Shown here: in pieces, positions 10,667 to 19,000 of the stretch | Layout of the letters: each line of letters opens with the position of its first letter | Position numbering within the stretch: the stretch's first letter is position 1 | Assembly (NCBI GenBank): GCA_040768745.1 | Contig: JAXGMI010000001.1 | Span: 416,001 to 480,000 of the forward strand | Direction: 5' to 3' | From: Desulfomicrobium sp. | Lineage (GTDB): Bacteria > Desulfobacterota > Desulfovibrionia > Desulfovibrionales > Desulfomicrobiaceae | Length of the DNA stretch: 64,000 bases | Notes under the pieces: model-generated | Databases searched by the model: none | What the model was told of the DNA's origin: nothing | Seen by the model: only the letters and a program-made list of their open reading frames with translations | Program-made: the position numbers and the translations under genes

Positions 10667-10897
10667 TTCTGGATAACAACTTGCCTTACGTCCGTATAGA
10701 CTTGTCGTAAAATGTTGATGTGGTCCTGATCGTGTCCGGTCCCATCCCTTCCGTACCCGATGTCTTTTGCTGGTTTGCCCTGCCTGACAGATATTGTAAC
10801 ATAAAGGTTTGACTTGCAATATTGCGTTTGCTCGCGCTATCTGACCGGTAAATTTTATTATTCGTGGTAGAGCCGTGTCCTTTCTATGAATGGAACT

Positions 10898-10920
10898 ATT
10901 CAAGATTCAAGATCTGACCC
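10898..10920 (-). repeat. Inverted-repeat end B (ATTCAAGATTCAAGATCTGACCC)
   Basis: Exact reverse complement of end A; followed by an extra partial end copy (aaTGACCCC). Confidence 0.95.
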
Positions 10921-11005
10921 AATGACCCCACTTATGGAGATCCCCAAAAATCGTCCGTTTTCAGCTGATCCGTATTTCCCCGGCTCGACCGGAGGGAGGC
11001 AGATC

Positions 11006-12841
11006 ATGTCGGAGGACAGGCCTTTCGACATATCCACGCCGAGAGTCGTCATCCTGATCCTTGGCCTTCTGTTGCCGTATTTCTTCTGCGGCTGTGCAAC
11101 CACGCCGCAGCCCGACCTGAAGCCGCCCGCGGTCAGCCTGGGCCCGGTCATGGACGTTCTCAAGGTCGAAACAGGGGACGACGTGGTCAGGCTCGTGCCC
11201 AATCCGGAAGGGGAGGTCCACGCGCTGATCGCCTCTGCGCAATGGAAGCAGGTCGTGCATGTCCTGGTGCGCGAGGAAGGCGCCTGCGAACCGGAAACCG
11301 TTCTGTCGAACGTTTCGCCGTCCCGGCTCGACGGGGCATGGGACAGGGACGGCAGGCTGCACGCCCTCATCGACACCATCCACATGATTCGGGAGGACGG
11401 GAGTTGGCTTCCGTCCGCGCGCACGCCGTGGACGGAAACGGGCATCACCCCGTCCCGGGCCGGGTTCGTGCCCGGATCCCCCGACCTTGTCTGGGCCTTC
11501 GTCGTGGAAGGCAGCGACGTGGGCGCCTCGCTGCGAATGGACATCTACGGATTCGGCGGAGGCTACCCTGCGGCAGGGATCATCTGGCCCTGGTTCACCA
11601 GGGGCTCCCGGCTGGTGCTCGCGGCCGAGGACAGTCCCGCCTGCTGGAACGTGTTCGACCTCACCGGGCGCCTCGATTCGGTCCCCCTCGCCCTGGCCTC
11701 GGATCTGGCCGGCACCCTCCACGTCCTCTATTACAAATCCCTCGGCGGGCTCCTGAAGGACATGGACCTGCACTACACGAAGCTCGGCGTCCGCGACCTG
11801 GCCCCGGACGCCGCGAGGCACCCCGAGGACAAGGAACTCAAGGCCGGCGACAGGCTTCTCAAACTCCATAACATTGCCGGGTCGCGGATCCCGAACACCC
11901 ATGCGCAGCGCCGCTCCGTTCCCGACTGCATCGCCGCTGACCCCGGCAGCGGGGCCGTCCTGATCGGGATGGACCTGCTGATCCGGGGCAACGAGTATAC
12001 GGACGGGGTCCGCGGGTCACTCCCGCCGGAAGGCGGCATGTTCACGCGCACGGCCCCGGCCGGGGACAACACCTTCCACGCGTTGGTCGGTGCCGGCTGC
12101 TACAGGTTGCTCTCAGGCCTCGAATGGTCCGCGCCCATGCAACTGGGCGTCGCGGAAGTCGCCTCGTTCTGGGGTTCGACCTGGGAGGCCTGCGACCTGG
12201 CCAGCACCGGCAACGGCAAGGCCTTCGCCACCTGGCCGACGCCGCATGGCATCATGGGACGTTGGATCACCCGAGACATCGCCAACGCGACCGACTCCAG
12301 CAACATGACATATCCCATGTGGCCGCTGGAGCATCCAGGGCAGCGGGATCCGTTCGAACCCGTGCACATCGTCGTCGACACGCCGCATCGCGATCAGGAC
12401 GTCGCCTGCCGCGCGCACGTCCTCGTCACGGACTCCCGCAACGAAACGGAGTTCCGGCGGACCACGATCCGCGACACGCGCATGAGCCGCATCGATCTGT
12501 ACCCGCCCGTCCCCGAACTGGTGGGGCGGATGGTCGAGACGTCCGCAGCCCGCCTTCTCGCCACGAAAGCAGAACAGCCGCCCGAAACGATAGCATGCGA
12601 TATCGCCGTATTCGATATCGGGACGCCGGCCACGATGCTGTACTGGGATGTCGAAACGAGGCTGGAATTGATCCTGCGCGCCCGCGGCCAGGTCAGGACG
12701 GTGTCGGTGTCGGCGACTGAACGCACCTGGCTCTGGCCGTCCGAGGACATCATCGGCCGGGTCGCCCGTGAAGCGCTCCGCCAGGCCGGGGAAGGCATCG
12801 ACCGGACGCTGCGGGAACTGCTTGCGCCCTCAGGGGGCTGA
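11006..12841 (+). CDS. Large hypothetical lipoprotein (probably two domains)
   Basis: GGGAGG RBS before ATG 11006; hydrophobic signal plus lipobox-like FFCGC; beta-rich N-region and a distinct C-terminal alpha/beta region. Confidence 0.7.
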   Translation: MSEDRPFDISTPRVVILILGLLLPYFFCGCATTPQPDLKPPAVSLGPVMDVLKVETGDDVVRLVPNPEGEVHALIASAQWKQVVHVLVREEGACEPETVLSNVSPSRLDGAWDRDGRLHALIDTIHMIREDGSWLPSARTPWTETGITPSRAGFVPGSPDLVWAFVVEGSDVGASLRMDIYGFGGGYPAAGIIWPWFTRGSRLVLAAEDSPACWNVFDLTGRLDSVPLALASDLAGTLHVLYYKSLGGLLKDMDLHYTKLGVRDLAPDAARHPEDKELKAGDRLLKLHNIAGSRIPNTHAQRRSVPDCIAADPGSGAVLIGMDLLIRGNEYTDGVRGSLPPEGGMFTRTAPAGDNTFHALVGAGCYRLLSGLEWSAPMQLGVAEVASFWGSTWEACDLASTGNGKAFATWPTPHGIMGRWITRDIANATDSSNMTYPMWPLEHPGQRDPFEPVHIVVDTPHRDQDVACRAHVLVTDSRNETEFRRTTIRDTRMSRIDLYPPVPELVGRMVETSAARLLATKAEQPPETIACDIAVFDIGTPATMLYWDVETRLELILRARGQVRTVSVSATERTWLWPSEDIIGRVAREALRQAGEGIDRTLRELLAPSGG

Positions 12842-12901
12842 TGTTGCAGGCAAGAACATGATATGACGCTCATCAACACATGCAAACCAAAGGAGGTTCC
12901 A

Positions 12902-13429
12902 ATGAACACGAAACTCTTGTCCGTCGTCCTTCTGGCCCTCGTCCTCGCGGGCTGCGCGTCGGGGGTCAAACGGCCCCAGACCGCAGAGGCCAACAGGCCC
13001 TGCCTCTCGGACCGGGAACAGGTTTCCTCCGTGTCCGTCTCGCTGACTGAAGATGCCAAGAAGAAGGCCCTGGACAACCTCAAGTTCAACCCCGACGAAC
13101 TGCTCAGCCACGTCAAGCGCGGCCTGGAAGCCAACAACCTGTTGAACGGAACAGGCGACCTGCCCCGACCCCACCTCGAGGTGCAGGTCAAGGACATGCG
13201 GATACGCTCCAACTTTTCCGCCGTCATGTGGGGCTTCATGGCCGGGGCCGACTCCATCACCGCCGACATCGTGCTCGCCGACGATGCCGGGAAGGAACTC
13301 GACCGCTTCGAGGTCTCGGCGTCCTACGCCCTGGGCGGGCTGGCCGGGGGCCAGGATAGCGCGCGGATGGGCTGGCTGTACGAGAAATTCGCCGAGGAGA
13401 CGGTCAAGGAACTGACCAAACAGCAGTGA
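12902..13429 (+). CDS. Lipoprotein, DUF4410-like
   Basis: AGGAGG RBS, lipobox LAGC, RIRS...WGFMAGADSITADIVL pattern. Confidence 0.7.
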   Translation: MNTKLLSVVLLALVLAGCASGVKRPQTAEANRPCLSDREQVSSVSVSLTEDAKKKALDNLKFNPDELLSHVKRGLEANNLLNGTGDLPRPHLEVQVKDMRIRSNFSAVMWGFMAGADSITADIVLADDAGKELDRFEVSASYALGGLAGGQDSARMGWLYEKFAEETVKELTKQQ

Positions 13430-13497
13430 GGCCACAGAGGGATTTCATGAGTCGCCGGCTGGGTGAATGATAATCTGAAACAGAATCAGGGAACGTC

Positions 13498-13605
13498 ATG
13501 GGTGGCGAAACCATCATCCGACTCGGAGCCTTCGCGCTGACGGCCGTGCTCATGGCCGCCCTTGAAGCCGCCAGGCCGCGCAGGCGGGACGATGCGGACC
13601 CATAA
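13498..13605 (+). pseudogene. 5' fragment resembling a sterol desaturase/fatty-acid hydroxylase family gene, ending at the element border
   Basis: Manual translation MGGETIIRLGAFALTAVLMAALEAARPRRRDDADP*, resembling the recalled family N-terminus (E..IRL..F....LMA..E...PRR); stops 3 bp before repeat C. Confidence 0.5.
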
Positions 13606-13608
13606 CAA

Positions 13609-14523
13609 GGGGTCAGATCTTGAATCTTGAATTTTTTCGGAGCATTTCCTCACCATGGCCCGACCACTCCGCATAGAATTTCCGGGAGCCATCTACCATG
13701 TGACATCCCGGGGCAACGCCCAGGCTCCCATTTTTCTGGACGACATCGACAGGAACACCTTTCTCTCCGTCCTCGGACTGACAATGCGCCGGTTCAACGT
13801 GATCTGCCATGGGTATTGCCTGATGACCAACCACTTCCATCTCCTGCTTGAGACTCCAGACGCCAATCTGTCCAAGGCCATGCGCCAGTTCAACAGCGTC
13901 TACACGCAGGCATTCAACCGGCGGCATGCCCGGGTTGGTCACGTGCTGCAAGGGCGGTTCAAATCCATTGTCGTTGACCGGGACGCCTATCTTCTCGAAC
14001 TGTGCCGATATATTGTCCTCAACCCCGTAAGGGCCGGGATGGTCAAGGAGCCTGGAAAGTATCCATGGTCCAGTTACCGGGCCACGGCAGGGCTAGGAAA
14101 GAAACCGGATTTTCTGGCTGTGGACTGGATTCTGGAACAGTTCGGCACTGATCGCGTCCAGGCCCGGAAAGAGTACCGTCTTTTTGTCAAGGCAGGGCTG
14201 GATTCCGAATCGCCATGGAATGACCTCAAAGGACAGTGCCTGCTCGGAGACGACCCGTTTCTGGAGAAGCTTTTTCCCCTGCTCAAGGACAAAAGCGCTT
14301 TCAAGGAGATCCCTCGCATTCAGCGTTTTGCCGACCGTCCGGCCTTGGAGGAGATATTACAGGGCACAGAAGGCCGTGCGCAGCGTGACGCAGCCATCCT
14401 CAAGGCCTGCCATGTGTACGGATACACCCAGGCACACGTTGCTGCCGCAACAGGATTGCACTATTCGACGGTCAGCAAAATCATCAGGAAGATTGAATAA
14501 TTCAAGATTCAAGATCTGACCCC
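13609..14523 (+). mobile_element. Y1/HUH (RAYT-like) transposase element bounded by perfect 25-bp terminal inverted repeats
   Basis: GGGGTCAGATCTTGAATCTTGAATT (13609-13633) and its exact reverse complement (14499-14523) tightly bracket the transposase ORF. Confidence 0.85.
13655..14500 (+). CDS. REP-associated tyrosine transposase (RAYT/Y1_Tnp HUH superfamily) with C-terminal HTH
   Basis: MARPLR, YHVTSRGN, HUH motif NHFHLL, GHVLQGRFKS, catalytic-Tyr region RYIVLNP, WSSY; C-terminal HTH YTQAHVAAATGLHYSTVSKII. Confidence 0.92.
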   Translation: MARPLRIEFPGAIYHVTSRGNAQAPIFLDDIDRNTFLSVLGLTMRRFNVICHGYCLMTNHFHLLLETPDANLSKAMRQFNSVYTQAFNRRHARVGHVLQGRFKSIVVDRDAYLLELCRYIVLNPVRAGMVKEPGKYPWSSYRATAGLGKKPDFLAVDWILEQFGTDRVQARKEYRLFVKAGLDSESPWNDLKGQCLLGDDPFLEKLFPLLKDKSAFKEIPRIQRFADRPALEEILQGTEGRAQRDAAILKACHVYGYTQAHVAAATGLHYSTVSKIIRKIE

Positions 14524-14533
14524 AGGATTCTAT

Positions 14534-14824
14534 ATGAAGAAGGTCGTATTTGTCGTACTAATTGAAGAAATCGAGAACCAGGAAATATATGATACTTATA
14601 TTCGGCAGGTTGTGAAAATTATTCAACAGCACAACGGAGAATATATAGCAAGAAGCAATAAAATATTGCCTCTTTCCGGAAGAATGCCGGAACGGTCGAT
14701 AGTCATAGGGTTTGACTCAATGGAAGAAGCCCGCAAGTGCTTTTTTTCGGAAGAATATGAAAGAATAAAGCATTTAAGGGAGAACAGCACCAAGTCGAGA
14801 GCTTTTTTTATCGAAAATGAGTGA
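14534..14824 (+). CDS. DUF1330-family protein (AT-rich, foreign-looking)
   Basis: Y..YI..V...I.QHNGEYIAR...PER..VIGFDSMEEA...FFSEEY..IK.LR pattern; visibly AT-rich; ATG only 10 bp after repeat D. Confidence 0.8.
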   Translation: MKKVVFVVLIEEIENQEIYDTYIRQVVKIIQQHNGEYIARSNKILPLSGRMPERSIVIGFDSMEEARKCFFSEEYERIKHLRENSTKSRAFFIENE

Positions 14825-14848
14825 TAAGAAGAAAGCCACATAACCAAG

Positions 14849-14965
14849 CAGCACATCAAAGGTTCATACACTACCTTTCACAATATCAAGCGCACCGGCC
14901 ATCTTTTTCAGAGCAGATGTCATGCCGTTCTCGTTGAGGCCGACGCATATGCCTTCGAACCCTCC
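14849..14965 (+). pseudogene. Internal remnant of a second RAYT/Y1 transposase
   Basis: Translates QHIKGSYTTFHNIKRTGHLFQSRCHAVLVEADAYAFEPS, colinear with RQFNSVYTQAFNRRHARVGHVLQGRFKSIVVDRDAYLLELC of the intact transposase; no start codon. Confidence 0.75.
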
Positions 14966-14989
14966 ACACTAGTAAGGAAATTTTCCACA

Positions 14990-15736
14990 ATGGACATTCC
15001 ACGGATCTTCAACATCACCGAAAGTGCCCACCGCATCCACAACCCGTTCACACCCGAAAAGCTCGCCACTCTCGGCATGGCGCTGCGTCTTGAAACGGGG
15101 ACCCGAGTGCTCGACCTCGGCAGCGGTTCGGGGGAGATGCTGTGCACCTGGGCACGCGATCACGGCGTCATCGGCACCGGCATCGACATGAGCCGTTTGT
15201 TCACCGAGCAGGCGAAACTGCGCGCTGAAGAACTCGGCGTGGCCGATCGGGTCACCTTCATCCATGGCGATGCTGCAGGCTATGTCTCTGACGAGAGGGC
15301 CGGTGTGGCCGCCTGTGTCGGCGCCACCTGGATCGGCGGGGGAGCCGTCGGCACTATCGAGCTTCTGGCGCAAAGCCTCCTCCCCGGAGGGATCATCCTC
15401 ATCGGCGAACCCTACTGGCGGCAGTTGCCTCCGACAGAAGATGTTGCCAGGGGCTGTCTTGCCAACTCGATCTCCGACTTTCTCCTGCTTCCAGAACTTC
15501 TCGCGTCTTTCGGCCGCCTTGGCTACGACGTCGTGGAAATGGTTCTGGCAGACCAGGACAGCTGGGACAGGTACGAGGCGGCCAAGTGGCTGACCATGCG
15601 CCGATGGCTCGAAGCCAATCCCGACGACGAACTCGCGAAGGATGTTCGAGCCAAACTGACCTCGGAGCCCGGGCGGTACGCCGCTTTCACGCGTGAGTAC
15701 CTGGGCTGGGGTGTGTTCGCGCTGATGACACGGTGA
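14990..15736 (+). CDS. Class I SAM-dependent methyltransferase (YjhP-like)
   Basis: Motif I VLDLGSGSGE, FIHGDA, CVGATWIGGG, REYLGWGVF; resembles E. coli YjhP from recall. Confidence 0.85.
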   Translation: MDIPRIFNITESAHRIHNPFTPEKLATLGMALRLETGTRVLDLGSGSGEMLCTWARDHGVIGTGIDMSRLFTEQAKLRAEELGVADRVTFIHGDAAGYVSDERAGVAACVGATWIGGGAVGTIELLAQSLLPGGIILIGEPYWRQLPPTEDVARGCLANSISDFLLLPELLASFGRLGYDVVEMVLADQDSWDRYEAAKWLTMRRWLEANPDDELAKDVRAKLTSEPGRYAAFTREYLGWGVFALMTR

Positions 15737-15785
15737 TGAGGGGATTGCCAGGCGATTCAGAAAGTGAAGAACATCCGATCATGAT

Positions 15786-15842
15786 TTTCAACTGATTCAA
15801 GCCGATGCCGCTTCGTGGCGCGGCTTCATTCAGGTGTTGGCC
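15786..15842 (+). other. Degenerate integron attC-like recombination site
   Basis: CAACTGATTCAAGCCG-A-TGCCG-CTTCG-TGGCG-CGGCTTCATTCAGGT-GTTGGCC: imperfect hairpin with an extrahelical base, an AAC...GTT core, ~50 bp after a CDS stop. Confidence 0.6.
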
Positions 15843-15845
15843 TGC

Positions 15846-16055
15846 TTATGACTGTACCCCTGACGCCATCCTGACAATTGAAAGGGAAAAACAAACAGAA
15901 ATGACCAGAGTAGGTCTGCGCATGAGGCGTTCGACTGTCTGCCAAGGCGTTGGAAAAGGAACCCCTCGTAGCCAGAGGACGAAATCAGCAACTCCCTGCC
16001 AGATCAGAACAACCACGACCAGAGGGATGAATGCCCGAAGGACCCCCCTCATCAT
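15846..16055 (-). pseudogene. Truncated ABC transporter permease (SsuC/TauC-like N-terminus)
   Basis: ATG overlaps the radical SAM gene stop (ATGA); MMRGVLRAFIPLVVVVLIWQGVA...VPFPTPWQTVERL resembles a permease first TM plus P.P motif, but the ORF ends after 69 aa. Confidence 0.55.
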
Positions 16056-19000
16056 AACGCCCTCAAAGAACGCCCGCCGGGGTGGAGCGGGCAGCCCGGC
16101 CCAAGGCATTCGGCGTTCTGCGAGGACTGCATGCATCGCAGGACGTGGTTGACGCTGAGAGCTACGGGCAGCAGCTTCGCAGAAAGTTCGGCCGCTTTGT
16201 TCAGGGCGATCCAGCCATCACGCTGGCAGCAGCGGGCCGCCTTGAAGCGGGCGATCTCGGCCAGCACTGCCTGGGTCACGCCCTGGACCTGCTTGCGCTC
16301 CCGGGCTTTGATCGGGTTGGCGTCGAGCAGCAGGCTGTAAGCGATGCCCACTCCCACCGCCGCACCGCAGACTCCCATGAACCCGCAGAACCCGCCGGCG
16401 ATGCCCCTGCCGCGAGAGATGGCCGTCTCGATCAATTTCTCCGACACCTCGCCTCCGAGGTTCCTGTAGGCGGTCAGGATGATGCCGGGGATCATTGCGT
16501 GGTACTCCGGTCCATGCACGGGCACTGCCGGATGCTGCCGAATCTGTACGAAGAGCTTCAGCATGTCCTTCTCAGTGCTGGAGAGACAGATATGCCTGAT
16601 GACCTCCACGGCGTCGGCCCCATGGCAGGCGTCACAGACAAAATGTCCGTTCTCGCACTGCCCGCTGGCCCGGAAAGAAAGCCCGCAATAGGCGCAGGAC
16701 CGCTCCTGGTCCCCGCGGAAATAGGTCAGGGGTGCTCCGCAGACCATGCACCCGGTGCCCTGTTTCAGCGCTGCCGTGGCGTCCGAAGCGGGAGCCCGGC
16801 TTTTTTCGGGCGGCCTGTAGCAGGCGCAGGTGTTTTCGGCCTCGACATTGAGCGTGGTCCCGTCCGAGCCGAGCTGGAAAACCTGGTCCCCCAGAAGGTC
16901 GGCCTCCTGGCGGGTCACGGCCACCGTCGCCCCCTTGGGCAGGAGCGTACCGGAGGCCAGGAGCAGGTACGGCAGCGGACCGCGGTACATGACATCGACA
17001 GAGTCTTCGTTCAGGGGCTTCTGCGCCGAAAATGTCAGGGAAAAGAAGGGATGTCCGGCCACCTGGCGATAGGGGAACCGCTTGAGCAGGCGTACGCCCG
17101 TGAAGCCCAGCTCCTCAAGCAGTGCGCAGAGGTGCGCAATGTTCAGGGCCCCAGCGATGCACTCGCCCCGAAGCATCTCGTCGTTGCGGATGGCGGCGTC
17201 GGGTTCGGACTCGCAGACCACGTCGGAGATGACCAGACGCCCGCCCGGCCGCAGTACCCGCAGAATTTCGGAGAAAGCCCGCCGCTTGTCGGTCGACAGG
17301 TTCATGACGCAATTGGACACGACCACGTCGGCCGATTCGTCCTGCAGGGGCAGGCTCTCCAGATAGCCGCCGCGGAAATCGAGGTTGTCGTATCCGAGGT
17401 TCGCGGCCACCTGAGGTTGGGCCTTGCGGGCCAGGTGGAGCATGGAGTCGAGCATGTCCACGCCGATCACGGATCCGTCCGGGCCCACAAGCCTGGAGGC
17501 AATGAAGCACTCCACGCCCGCACCACACCCCAGGTCGACCACCCTCTCGGTCGGCCGGACATCCGCATCCAGCACCGGGCTGCCGCAACCGTAGCCGCGA
17601 AAGCGGAATGCCTCGGGGACGTGCGCGATGAGATCCGGAGCGTAACAGACGGGGTTGAGAATGCCCTCCTTGGTGTCTCCGGCTGCCTGCGTGTAGAACT
17701 CCTTGATGGAGGTCAGGCTGTCCTGCTGCGCCGTGGCCAGGAGGCAGTTCGAATGCAGAAAGGCGACATTGCCGTGCGCCCCGCACGACCGCAGAGTCTC
17801 ACCCATTTGCAGCACGATTCCCGGCTTGACCGGACGGGGATGTTTTCGCGCCTCGCGGGCGATCAGCCACAGGGCCAGACGCTGATGCAGGGGTTCGTAT
17901 GGGTCGTCGCCCATGAAGCTGCCCTTGTGCACATAGCTGTGATCCATGTCGCCGCCGCCAAGGATGAAGCGCCACGGGGACTGGATTTGCGCCACGCTGG
18001 TGCCGCGAATGCGTTGCAGGATCGGACTTTCGAGCCGGGCTTCGAGGAGGCCGTCGGGCATGTCTGTGGCCAGCTCGGGTCTGCCCACCAGGGCGGCCGA
18101 TGGGTAGAGACGGCCATCGGGACCTACGGCCAGAGACTCCCAGCCTCCGGATGACCCGTCATGGATCGTGCCGGCCGGGGCGAATATCTGTGATTTCAGG
18201 GCCTCGACATTGTCGATGCCCACGCCCCGGCGCTCGGCCAGGTCTGTCGCGCGGGTGAGATTGTCGAATATGTCATCCAGTGGAGGGAACTTTTCCGGCG
18301 TCCCGCGTCCTTCCACGAAATACCACATGAAATGGACGTTCCCCGCCCCACGATCGGCCGCGAAATCAATGACATCCATCATCTGCGCGACATTGTCCCG
18401 CGTCACGCACATGGACAGCGTGAAGGGGACAGCCCGCTCGCGAAGTCCGTGCAGGGTGCGGCACAGGCGGGTGAAGGCGCCCTGGCCCCGCAGCAGATCG
18501 TGCGTGTCCCCCAGGCCGTCCAGGCTGATCTGGACGTGGAACCTCTCCGGGTCCGGCGTGTTGCGATCTAGAAAAGCAAGGAGCTTCAGGCCGTTGGTCA
18601 GCATCACGAGATGCGTGTCCCGCCTGGAAAGAATGCCATCGACTATGGCGTCTATCTCCGCATGGACAAGAGGCTCTCCGCCGGTCAGGGCGAACAGGCG
18701 GCATCCGGTTTCGTAGGACTCCTCGACAATGGCCGAAACAGAACCGGCCGACAGTTCCGTGTCATCTTTCGGCGAGCAGGTGAAAAGGCAGTGCGCGCAC
18801 GTCAAGTTGCACCGGTTGGTGACATGAAACCACAGCTCCCGCACCGGACCCAGCTCAACCTGCCTGTCTCTTCCCAGATACGAGGCTTTGCGAATCCGGG
18901 GAATCCGCGCGAGAAAGGCTTCCCCCTCAGGGCCGGCACACGTCGAATCTGAAAGCCGCTGAAGAATGGAGTCCCCTGCCGGATTAGGGACAAACCAGTG

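Larger units (their letters stand above)
10644..10920. mobile_element. Putative non-autonomous (MITE/REPIN-like) element bounded by the transposase-associated inverted repeats
   Basis: 277 bp with perfect 23-bp terminal inverted repeats identical to those flanking the Y1 transposase; AT-richer interior with no credible ORF. Confidence 0.65.

Noticed and set aside
10484..10903. 139-aa minus-strand ORF spanning the A-B core
   Set aside because: It starts inside repeat B, overlaps the DMT gene antisense, has no RBS and shows no protein-like features.
10886..11005. N-terminal extension of the lipoprotein ORF (MNGTIQDSRSDP...)
   Set aside because: It reads through repeat B. The RBS and signal peptide support a start at 11006.
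10644..14523. Four ~24-bp repeats considered as a CRISPR array
   Set aside because: They alternate in orientation, spacing is 0.2-2.7 kb, and there are no cas genes. They are better explained as element ends.
16082..18154. Long alternative-frame ORFs (also 2366-4006, 6553-8223, 22147-23796, 26598-28022)
   Set aside because: They overlap well-supported genes and are typical GC-rich shadow ORFs.
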